64,000 bases of DNA from Azolla caroliniana (lineage: Eukaryota; Plantae; Polypodiophyta). Positions 1-11,029 of the stretch are shown piece after piece (the stretch's first letter is position 1; every line of letters starts with the position of its first letter). Below the pieces are notes generated by a model, which saw nothing but the letters and a program-made list of their open reading frames with translations, was not told the DNA's origin and did no database searches. The stretch is taken from NCBI GenBank assembly GCA_043228905.1, contig JBHGNT010000001.1, positions 21,948,001 to 22,012,000 on the forward strand, read 5' to 3'. A program made the translations under genes and the position numbers.

Positions 1-781
1 ACTAAATAGTTAGAGCCGGTGAGCTTGAACATGCCGCCAAACGATTCGTCCATTTTCTGTGTCGTTTCGCTCTGATACCACTTGTCGGGAACTATACGCT
101 CCTTATACGCAACGCTCGGCCACAACCGAGCTTAGAATCATACACACAGAACGGGAAATAAAGAACAACACAATGGAAGAGAAGAGTACGCAGGATGTTT
201 AATGTGGAAAACCCCAAACTAGGGGAAAAAAAAACCACGGTAGGCAATAGGCTGCAAACTATCACTAGGTTAGTATGTACAACAGTGAGTTCACAGAGGC
301 AACGACCTCGTGCTCACGATCTTCGCCACAGGCGGCGTTACAACAGAGGCAACGACCTCTTTCTCTCTCTGTCTCTCTCTCTGTACACTATTACGTGCTC
401 TAATCTCGTGCAAAACAAGAATGACAACAACTACTAAAAGTTTGCCCTAAGTCATATTTATACTAATATGACTTTTCGGCTATTTACAAATATAGCCATG
501 ATGGACTCTCAAAAAACATATTTACGAATATGTCTCTTCATCTGGTTCTCACCGGGCCTGCACCATCCGGCTCTCCGTAGCCGGGTACTCCTCATCCGGT
601 CCTCGCCGGGTCTGCACCATCCGGCTCTCCAAAGCCGGGTACTCCTCATCCGGTCCTCGTCGGGTCTGCACCATCCGGCTCTCCGAAGCCGGCTACTCCT
701 CATCCGGTTTCGGCCTCGACCGAGTTTGTTCATCAGCACTGTTCTTCTCCCTTCCCATCCGGAGGGACCTGTCTCCCAACA
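1..781 (-). mobile_element. 5' end of a Tork/Tnt1-like Copia LTR retrotransposon (5' LTR 83-781, PBS, gag start); continues beyond the left edge
   Basis: LTR TGTTGGGA...TCCCGACA on the minus strand. tRNA-iMet PBS TGGTATCAGAGC at 80-69. Gag start MDESFGGMFKLTGSNY from 53. It interrupts the integrase C-terminus of Bryco-like element A at 782. Same LTR family as the solo LTR at 26303-27118. Confidence 0.85.
541..710. repeat. 54-bp CCGG-rich tandem repeat (about 3 units) inside the Copia LTR
   Basis: CCGGTCCTCGCCGGGTCTGCACCATCCGGCTCTCC...CTCCTCAT recurs at 54-bp spacing (596, 650). Confidence 0.9.
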
Positions 782-3241
782 CTGCACGGGGAATGCACGG
801 CCGAGTCTCCACTACTCGCCGGCTCTTCATCGTACTGGTCGAACCGACTCAGTCGTCCATTCGGTCCGCTTAACCGAAATGAAATCAGACTCTCTCCGCG
901 GGTCCTGATTTCAGGCTCATCCGGAGGCATCTCAACATCGCTGACCTCATCACCAGAACTCGGATTGGAGGTGAGGTCCAGAGTCAGAGGCAAGTACCAA
1001 GACGCGGACTCGTCAAACACAACGTCGCGGCTCACGCGCACTTGTTTGGTGCGCGGGTTATAACACTTATAACCCTTCTCCTCATCTGAGTAACCGACCA
1101 AGATACATTTCTCGGCCTTTGCATCCAGCTTCCTCCATTTCTCCTTCTGCACATGCACATACGCAATGCTACTGAAAACTCGTAATTGTCGCAAGTTCAG
1201 CTTCGTTCCAAAATATAGGTCCTGCGCCGACACTTTGTCTCCGATCCGGTTCTGGATGTATACCGTAGTTCGTACCGCCTCGGCCCAATAGAACTTGGGC
1301 ATGCTCTTTTCTTCAAGCATTGCCTGCGCCGCTTTCACAACCAACCGATTTTTCCTCTCTGCCACGCCGTTCTGCTCCGGCGTGTATCTACAACTGAATT
1401 CACGCCGAATTCCCATCTGTTGTAGATAACCGTTGAATTGACTGGAAAAGTATTCTTTTCCGCCATTCCACCGCAGGCACTTGATCTTCCTTCTTGTTTC
1501 CATTTCCACAAACCCTTTGAGTCCCGGAAATAGTCGAAAACTTTGCTCTTCCTCTCAATGAGGTAGATCCACGTGTGTCGCGTGTAGTCATTGATGAAGG
1601 AGACGAAATATTGGCTCCCGCCAAGACTAACGTTTTGTTCCGGCCCCCACACATCGGAGTGTATCAAGTTGAGCTTGTTCCGGGTCTGGTTACACTCGTA
1701 GGGGAAGGGAAGTCGGTGTTGCTTCCCAAGCTGGCAAGCTTCACAAATTTGTGCCTTCTGGCCACTAAATTTGGGCAATCCGAACACCACTTGTTTCGAT
1801 TGTAGGTAGTTGACGTGGGCTATCTGCTTCTGCCATAAGTCGATGTCCGACTCGACTTTTTATCCCTTCGTGAACATTGCGGTGCCACCGTTAGTAGAGT
1901 TGAGGATGAACATCCTCCCATCTCTGCGCCCTTGCGCAATAACACGGCTTTCTTCCTCAATGAAGCACCCGAGGTGTGTAAACCGGACCTCCATCCCTTG
2001 GTCAATGATTTGTCCGACCGACACCAAGTTCTTCGTGATTGTCGAAACGTGTAGCACATTCATGAGTTTCCCTTTTTGCCCGACATGGCTCAGGGGAACT
2101 TCTCCGACATTCGTGATCGGATGCGGAGTGTCGTCTCCGGTTGAGACTACTCCCGGTTGCATCGGTTTTTATAGGTACGAGAACCACTCCTTATGGCTCG
2201 CCATGTGATTTGACGCGCCAGAGTCGACGTACCACACCTCGTCCGATTTTGGGGTGGGCTGCTTCATTGAGTTTGCTTCGTGTCTCGTCACGAAGACTGA
2301 CCCTTTTCCGGCTTCTCCGGATCCTTCGGCGTAGTGCGATCGTTGCCGATTTCCTTTGTCGGTCTGTCCGGAACCTGTTCTGGACTCAGTTCTCTCCGAA
2401 TCGGCGCGCTTGTTCAAGCACTCGCTCTCCCTGTGGCCTTTGTTGCCACAATACCAGCATTCCACGGTGGATTTTCCTTGCCGGTTCTCGTCGCCTCGAC
2501 TCCCCCTGTTTCCGGAGGGTCCGGAATTGCAGTCGGCATCACTTCGGTGCTTTCTTCCTTGATCCCGTCGGCCGCCTCCATTGCGTACCGACTCGCCTCA
2601 TTCGCCACGACCACGAGGCCTCTCTCCCTTCGTGTACAACATCTTGCTGTCGGCATGCGTGCTTGTTGATGCACCCGCGTGGTTCTCCTCTATAAGGAGC
2701 ATCGATTGTAAGTCGAAAAACGACGACGTATTCTCCTGTGTACACACAGTAGTTCGGAACGCTCCGAGCTTTGACGCCAAACCCCCGAGACAAACCTGGA
2801 CCATCTCGCTTTCCTCGATGTTCACATCGATGGAAGCTAAGGAGTCGCATATGTCCTTGATCTTCGAGGTATAGTCAGCTACCGACAAATCACGTTGTTG
2901 TAGGTTGCTCAAGTCCTGTCGGAGCTGAAGCTTCTTGGTTGTCGTGCTTGTGGTGAAGATCTTCTTCAGATTTTACCATGCACCCTTCGGCGTTTTTGCA
3001 TCCCGAACGTAGCTTAATAGTTGTTCGCCCACACAAGACGTGAAACAGTACAACACTCCGCTCGCCGATTGTTCCCATGCCGGGAAGTCTTTGTGTGTTG
3101 AATAGCTGTGTCATTTGCTCCATCGACATAGCTCTAGTAACTGTGCCCAAGCAGGTACTGGTGCATCTTGTAGGACCAAGATGCGTAGTTGGTTCTGTCG
3201 AGCTTCTTTGTCAGAAGCGAGCTAGCCATTCCTTTGTCCAT
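782..3241 (-). pseudogene. gag-pol: Degenerate Copia gag-protease-integrase of element A
   Basis: Fragments with zinc knuckle CWYCGNKGHRESEC, protease WYVDSGASNHM, integrase HSDVWGP, CRYTPEQNGVAERKN and GYKCYNP...SRDVVFDE; several stops and frameshifts. Confidence 0.9.
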
Positions 3242-4084
3242 CGTTTTTCTTGTTCTTCTTCGTTGGTTTTTCCTTCAAGCAAAGTTGACTGCAGAGGTTC
3301 TCAACCCTCGCGCTCTGATACCATGAAAAGAATGGTGTGCGGAAGCAATATAGGAAACCAAACAACAGAAAACGTAGGTTTAATGGAAAGCTTAGGTTTG
3401 CATAGTACGTTGTCGCGAAAATACGACGAGGATACGTGAACGTTGAGGCAAGACCCCGGGGCCTTTGTCTAGAGGATATCAAATTCGTGTATTTATGTAC
3501 TAAGAATTAACCGAAATGAGAAAGATTAACAAATTTCATTAATAAAAGGGAAAGAAAGATTACAATCAATCCCAAGATTGGGATTACAAAAGTTTTATCT
3601 TATGGAGATGATTAGAATAATAGAGTAGAGGAAATAAGAGATTATGATTCTTGAGTGATATGGCTTTGACAAGGAATTTTGGATTTTGAGAGATTGCTTC
3701 CGTATAGAAATTATGGTTTACTTGAGAGATAGCTTCCGTAGGGAAGATTAGGGTTCTTGGCTTCGATAAGATAAGAGAGCTCCCAAAGAAAAGAAAAAAA
3801 ATTTAGATAATATGGAGAGTGAGACCTAGTGTAGGAAAAAAAAAATGGAATAAATATCGAGTTCTCCCTTGATCATAGCCTTTCCACTTTTCGTTGCATG
3901 GCCTCTACTTTTAGTTGCCTAGCTTTTTCTTTTTGTTGCATGTGACTGTCCACATGACCTTTACTTTTTCCATGCACTCCTTCTTTAGTTGCTTGCGTCC
4001 ACATGGCCTTTACTTTAGTTCTCTTCACTTTACTTTAGTTTGTTGCATGATCCAATCTTTCGTCCGTCCGCGTCCAAACTCGTC

Positions 4085-4370
4085 CGGTAGCCGGTTCCAT
4101 TTTGCTTGCCGGTCGGTTCCGGTTCCGATTTTGCTTGCCGGCCGGTTCTGGTTTGCTTGCCGGTTCAGGTTCCGGTTTGCTTGTCGGTTCCGGTTCCAGT
4201 TTTGCTTGCCGACCGGTTCCGGTTTGCTTGCCGGTTGCGGTTGTGGTTTTGCTTGCTGGCCGGTTCCCGATTTGCATACCCGTTCCGGTTCTGGTTTTGC
4301 TTGCCGGCCAGTTTCCAGATTGCATAACGGCCGATTTCCGGATTTGCTTACCGGCCGGTTTCCGGTTTTA
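4085..4370. repeat. Degenerate ~22-27-bp CCGGTT/TTTGCTTG tandem repeat in the G1 LTR (second copy 18562-18830)
   Basis: TTTGCTTGCCGGTTCCGG-like units repeated about 10 times. Confidence 0.85.
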
Positions 4371-4749
4371 GGGAATTTGGCCACCATCATCCATTAAGAC
4401 AAAGTGGCCAAAGTGCTCTTAGCACAAATGAAAAATGAGGGAGCTCAAGGTGTTTATATAGCCAAGGCCTTAACTTTCCTATCTATGTGGGATAGTTCTA
4501 ATTTCTCTATCTAATCAAACTTCATTTTCTCATAACTTGATATGTATTTCTCCATTTTGTATATAGTAAAATACATTTTGAAGCTCTTGAGTATATCCAT
4601 CTTTCTATAGTAAGCTACTAATCTAATCTATAATAATTATTTCATTATTTTTTTACATAGTGTGTGAAGATTCATACGACATTCGCCCCCACCAAACCTG
4701 CACATCCACCGGTATGTGCCAATTTTGGTGAGGATTCATATTTTGTTTA

Positions 4750-6460
4750 CTATACTTTTTCATCGATGCTTAAGACTGAATCGTCAAAAGCTTCGAATCC
4801 AATTTCTATTCTATCTCTTCTCTTGAAGATCTTGATTCTTTTACCGGCAATTGGCAAGGCAAGTGGTGTACCATCCAGTTCTACTAAATGATATGTTGCA
4901 TTATCTTCCACTTTCTTCACCACATATGGCCCAAACCATCGTTGTGAGAATTTTCGAGCCGTACTATGTTGGTTATCTAGGCTACTGTCATAGACTAGCA
5001 CCCAATCTCCTTCAACGATTTTCCTCGGCTGAAGTCGATGTCGTTTATCGAAGTCTTTCTGGTTCTTTAGCCTTGCATTCTTTAGCCGCGCTTTAGCCAC
5101 CTCTACATCTTCCAAATTCCGCTCTAATTGTCGAATCCTCAATGCTAGAAGATCTTCTCTACTTATCTCATCTTGCCATGGCAATGCAAACCATGAAATA
5201 ATACTTTGTTCTATCGGCATTATTGGCTTTTGTCCGAATATGAGCTCTGCCGGCATGTATCCCTTCACCGTGCTATGAGTAGTCCTGTCAACCCATAATG
5301 CAAATGGCAATAGACGTGGCCATTCTCCTATTTTCCCGTGGCAAGCTTTCACTAGAGCCTTCATAATCGGTCCATGTCCACGTTCCACCTTCCCATTTGC
5401 TTCTGGATTATACGCCATGGTAAGAGATAATTTGATTCCCATCCTCGAGAAGAATTCTCTAGCTTCATTGGCGTCCAACTCGCCTCTATCAGCCATTATC
5501 TTGCCGACGCATCCATAACTGCAAATAACATCTTCAAGAAGGAATCGGCATACCGATGATGTCTCTTAGTTCTTAATGCTCGCCCTTCAACTTGATTGGT
5601 AAGATCCTCTCTCGCGAGCACAAGATACTTCATCTGCCATCGTCCCATTGGCATCATCACTATGTCCACCATCCACTTGTAATGCATAGCCAACGGGTAA
5701 GTCGGATGAAGTCCATCTCGATGGCGAATATTCGAAAACATTTGACATTCCTTACATGTTTCCACATAAGCTACTACATCTTTGTAGATGTCCGGCCACC
5801 AATATTTCTCCTTAAGCTTCGCAAACGTAGTACATATTCCTCGATGGCTTGCAAAAACACTATCATGAAATTCGGACATTAGTTTTTGTTGGTCTTCTAG
5901 CTTGCAGACAACTCTCATCGGAGTCCCATTCTTCTTTTTTGCATGCTTCCAAAGAGCTCCATCCTTAAGGAAATACTTGTATGCTTTCTTCCGAATTCGA
6001 TGGAAGTCTTCCGTCAACCATGATTCATCTTTTTGGAGAGAACTTAAGTATTTCCCGATCTCCACGAATTTGCCTTCATAGTCCTCTTCTATGAAAGTAA
6101 TCAACACCCGAGCATAGGAACTTGCAAAGAAATCCAGGCCAACATCATCTTCATCAGAATGTCGATCTTCTTCTCCGTCGTATCTCGCTCGTGATAGCAT
6201 GTCTGCAACGACATTACGCTTCCTAGCTATATGACGGATCTCCGGGTTGAGTGATTTGATATATGCAATTCAACGCAACATGGCAATATCCGGTGTATTA
6301 CAACCAGATATCATACCCAAAATTGGTAGGCAATCTGTCTCAATTATGACTTCTACTCCAATAAGGTAATCACGATCAGATTTGATTGCCGAGACGATCC
6401 CCCATAGCTCCCTCTTCACTTGGGCATACCTCCTTTGCCTGTCACTTAACACTTTCGCGT
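4750..6460 (-). pseudogene. pol: G1 pol 3' part: RNase H C-terminus and integrase
   Basis: ETDCLPILG, HHCC zinc finger (HDSVFASHRG...CKEC), WMVDIV...ADRGE...ERGH, WFGPY; broken by a stop and a frameshift. Confidence 0.9.
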
Positions 6461-6863
6461 TGTCGTGAAGATCCGTCACTACGCGCGGATCGTGAGGCGG
6501 AACCGCCGGGGTTCTGGACCAGAAGGATTTAGAGTCGATACAAGCTTTGGCGAGAAAGTACTTAAGATAGATTGGGAAAGAGAGAAGTTGAGATTAAACG
6601 ATTGATTTGATAACGAATTCCTTCCTCTTAATTTTCATAAAAAAAACCCCGTGTTTTTTCTCCTCCCCCTTCCCTCTTTTATAGATGCTCTCATGCATAT
6701 GATGCATGTGAGGGTACAAGACATGCATAAATTGCATGTTTGCCATTTGGCGCTTAAGTATTACATGTGGTGCATACTAACCATGTCACTCATTTTAGCT
6801 CTCATGTATGAGAATTTACATGTAAAAGTACAATGATAGATATATAATTTTAACTAAATACCA

Positions 6864-6917
6864 TGGCTTAATGGTAAGCCATTTGACTCCTAACTTGGAG
6901 GTGCAAGGTTCGAATCC
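6864..6917 (+). promoter_or_regulatory. tRNA-like Pol III internal promoter (A box and B box) in the G2 LTR; second copy 13688-13741
   Basis: TGGCTTAATGG, then GGTTCGAATCC starting 43 nt later; D-arm-like hairpin ATGGCTTA/TAAGCCAT; T-arm AAGG-TTCGAAT-CCTT. Confidence 0.7.
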
Positions 6918-7534
6918 TTACTTGCCCTCCTTGTATATGTAAATATGTATATATATTTATATATTTATTTTATCTAGTCGCCGGACGCCGGTTCGCCAGA
7001 TACCGTCGCCGGATACCGGTGCCTCGCCGGATGCCGCCGCCGGATTGCCGTCGGATGCCGTCGGATCACCGGCTCCATCGCCGGTCCGGTTTTGGTTGGC
7101 CAAAACCCTTTACGAGTAGCTAGCCACCTCCACTCTTAGTTCAAGTTACCTTGAACTCTCTATGCTCCACACATAGACACAAGGATAATATCTTTGCTCC
7201 ACGTTATATATGATGAGAGCCGTATTTGTCGTGCCTATGTGGGATATCTCACAATTTTCTCTTTTCTTTTCACAAACTTTATACCCTCATATCTTGACAT
7301 TTAGTTGTCCATTTCTCATGTAATAAAGTGCATTCGAAACCTCCATCATTTTGTACTTAGATATTAAAAATGTTATCTTCACAATTATTGTATTACGTGA
7401 TTCATACTTGATTTCGTACGTTTTATGGGATTTTCACACTATTGCCGAAAATCTTCACGACATCCACCCCCACCAAACCGCATGTCCTCCGGTACGTGCC
7501 AAGAAGAGAAGAAGTGAGATTTCGGCTACGATGA

Positions 7535-10500
7535 TCAATTAGATTCCTCCATGTCTTCATTTTCATCCGGCCTATTATGTTCATCGTCGAGGTAATCGAG
7601 GTCAGGATCCTTGTCTTGTCTTTTCTTGAAAAGCTTTACTCTTTTTCCCGCAATGGTTACGGCCAACCTTGATCCGTCTAGTTCCGCAAGGTGGTATGTG
7701 GCATTATCGTTGGCACTTGTCACCACATACGGCCCGAACCATCTTCTTGCGAACTTCCTTGTTGTACTATGTTGATTGTCAAGGGTGCTGTCGTAAACCA
7801 AAACCCAATCCCCTTCTTCAATCTTCTTGGGACGAAGTCGATGCGTGTTGTCGAACCGAACTTTGTTCTTTACTCGGGCTGCCTTCATCATCTTTCGCGC
7901 TTTTTCTAAATCTTCAGGTCTTCTTTCAAGTTGCCTTATCCGCGCCGCTAATAACTCTTCTCGGCTCATCTCGTTCTCCCACGGTATCGCTACCCATGAG
8001 GCGATCGTCCTTTCGATGGGCATAATCGGCTTTTGTCCATACATAAGCTCCGTCGGCATATACCCTGTCACCGAGCTATGTGTCGTTCTATCGGCCCACA
8101 AGGCATAGGGTAATAGTCGTGGCCAATTCCCGACTCGACCATTGCATGCCCGTACGATGGCTTTAACGATAGGTCCATGCCCTCGCTCGATCTTCCCATT
8201 TGCTTCCGGATTGTAGGCAGTCGTGAGGGAGAGCTTCACGCCTAGTCTTTCGAAGAGCTCCGTTGCTTCGTGCGCGTCCAACTCCCCTCGGTCGGCCACT
8301 ATCTTCCCTACACATCCATATTGGCAAACAACATCTTCAAGTAAAAATTTACAAACGGCTGAAGTCGTCTTATTTGTCAAGGCTCGTCCTTCCACTTGAT
8401 TTGTCAAGTCTTCCCTTGCCAGCGCTAAGTACTTCATTTGTCCCACTCCCATTGGCATCGAGACCAGATCCACCATCCATTTGAAGTGAATGGTGAGTGG
8501 GTATGTCGGCTTTAACTCATCACGATGATGTATATTTGAATATATTTGGCAAGTTTCACATGTGCACACGAAATGGAGTACATCTTTGTACATGCTTGGC
8601 CACCAGTACTTCTCCTTCAATTTTTTGAACGTCGCCCATGTTCCTCTATGACCTGCCCAAGCACTCTCGTGGAATTTGGTCATCAGCGTCTCTTGCTCTT
8701 CTCTCTTTACCACCACTCGACGTGGTAATCCTGTCCTTCTTTTTGGATGTCGCCAAAGGAATCCTCCCTTCAAGAAGTATCGATAAGCTTTCTTTCGGAT
8801 TCGTAGGGCCTCCTCCTTTGTCAACGAAGCATCTGTCGTCAATGTTCTTAGGAATCTACCGATGAGTAACCACTCTCCTTCGTACTCGTTCTCATTGAAG
8901 GCGTGGAGGGTTTGCGTGTCCTGGTCTTCCGCCGACAATCGAGCCATCTTGAAGAAGTCGAGGGCGACATCTTCATCTTCCAAAACCATGTTACTTCCAT
9001 TTGAAAATCTTGCCCTCGACAACATGTCAGCCATGGCGTTCTTCTTCCCTACGATGTAACGGATCTCTGGGTTTAAAGACGTGATGTAGGCGATCCACCT
9101 TAGCATAGCAAGATCTGGGGTCGCACATCCCGAGACCATTCCGGGAATTGGGAGACAATCTGTCTCTATTATCACTTCTGACCCGATCAGGTAATCTTTG
9201 TCCGTCTTCACTGCCGACACAATACCCCAAAGTTCCCGCTTGACTTGGGCATATCTTTGTTGTCGTTCGCTGAGAACCTTTGCTCCGAACCAGACGGCAT
9301 ATCGCGCATTATCTTCAACTTCTTCATTGATGACCCACCCGATTCCGGTTGGGCTCGTATCTACGGTCACGTAAATTGGTTTCCCTTCAGCATAGTCAGC
9401 CTTCCTTAGTGCCGGAGCTTCAAGAAGCAGTTTCTTTAATCTTCGCATCGCCTCTGTGTGCTCGTCTCGCCATTCGAACTTTATTCTTTTCTTTAGTAGT
9501 CCATATAACGGTTTGGCGACATGAGCGTAGTGAGGAATCCATATATGATAAAACGCGCACGCTCCAAGGAATCTTCGAACCTCCGTTTGGTTTTCGCATT
9601 CTTCTTTCATATCTTGGATTGCGTTCACTTTGGATGGCGAGGGCTTTCGGCCGTATGCTCCACACAAGTGACCTACCACCAAGATCTCCGGTTGCCCGAA
9701 TGCAGATTTTTCTCCCGAAAATGTCAAATTCGCATCTTCGAGCCTTTGAAGCACCTTCTCGCAATCTTTCATATGATCCACAACGAACTTTCTACAACCT
9801 TCCTTATCTTTCGATTCATCTTTTTGCTCATCTGAACATCCTTTTATCGGAATATCATCCAAGAATGGCATCGTGATGTCCGGAATGCAATCCTTCAAAA
9901 CTTTATTCATGGCATTCACCATATGAGCCACCGAGTTCGTTGCGCCTTGGGGTAAGGTACACATCCGCACAAGCCCGATCGGAGTCCTCATGGTTGTAAT
10001 GTCCTGACTGTCGATCGCCAATTGGAATTGGTCATATCCGGAGTAGAGATCGCCAATGGAGTAGATGGACTGTCCCGCAAATGCTTCGGCAAATTCGTCC
10101 ACGCTCGGACCGATTCCGGCATTTCGAATTGTCACCTTGTTGACGGGTTGAAGATCTTGGATGAATCGCAATGATCCATTCTTCTTCGGCACCGTGAACC
10201 ACCTATTGGACTAAGGAGCATTCGACGGTTCTAGAATTCCCATACTCACCTTCTCCTTTAAGAGCTCGATCAGCTTCGGAAGGTGTGCTCTCAGAACCGG
10301 TATCGGTTTCAAATTCCAAGGCACATGAGGCACCGTGAAGATCACCATTGGCTCTATAACCTTTGGGTCGGCGCATCCGATTTCTCGTGGGAAGAATGTG
10401 AAAGCCTTCCCATGTCTCTCAAGCATATCGCGAAACATTTGCTCCTCTTCAGGGAGAAGGAAATCCTCCTTTCCAACTCGTAGCTTCCCCTTCGTCTCTT

Positions 10501-11029
10501 TGGTGAAGTCATGACCTATCTTCTTCGGATCTCTTAAGCTTGGATCGTTAGCGACTTCCTTCATCTTTTGCCAGCTATCTTCCGGTAGCGGAACCGCAAC
10601 TGGCTTGATCTTCCTATCCACCGTTTTATATTTCGTGTTGATGTCAGTTTCCTTCATCGAGATGCCACGACGGTATTCATCGATGATAGCATACATGTTG
10701 ACGGAGTTAACCGAAATCACGCGTTGGTTGTGAAGATAGCTCAAGTCCACGACGTCCTCGATTTCGCCGATGGTGTCGTTAAATGAGGCTTCTTCCATAA
10801 TATGAGTCACGAACTCTCCTTCTTCTATTATGTTCTCTTCTTTCAGCATCTTCTCGAATTCTTGTATCCGGCGCTTGTGCTTCTTGTCGGGTAGTACTAG
10901 TTTACATGCGCCAGTAGGTGTGACACATGTTGCTTCTCCTTGCAATCCACGCACTCTTCTTTCTTGTGGGGTCTTGTGATTGCTCGGACTATTTGTGCCC
11001 CATGCTTCAATAGTCCGCTCTAAAAATCC
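7535..11029 (-). CDS. pol: G2 pol (RT-RNase H-integrase), entered by a predicted -1 frameshift; one in-frame stop at 10211-10213
   Basis: The 885-aa and 247-aa ORFs share a frame, and that frame is open back to the slippery site. Motifs: GDLYSGYDQF, LPQGATNS, FLDD, VDTSPTGIG, DDE integrase, WFGPY. Confidence 0.9.

Noticed and set aside
468-908. Repetitive ORFs in LTRs (also 3915-4397, 18452-18860, 26195-26724) as novel proteins
   Set aside because: They are by-products of GC-rich tandem repeats that are open in several frames.
6857-6927. Functional tRNA gene
   Set aside because: No convincing acceptor or anticodon stem; reported only as a tRNA-like promoter module.
10211-10213. In-frame TAG in G2 pol as programmed readthrough
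   Set aside because: G1 and G3 have Tyr at this position, so it is a private mutation.
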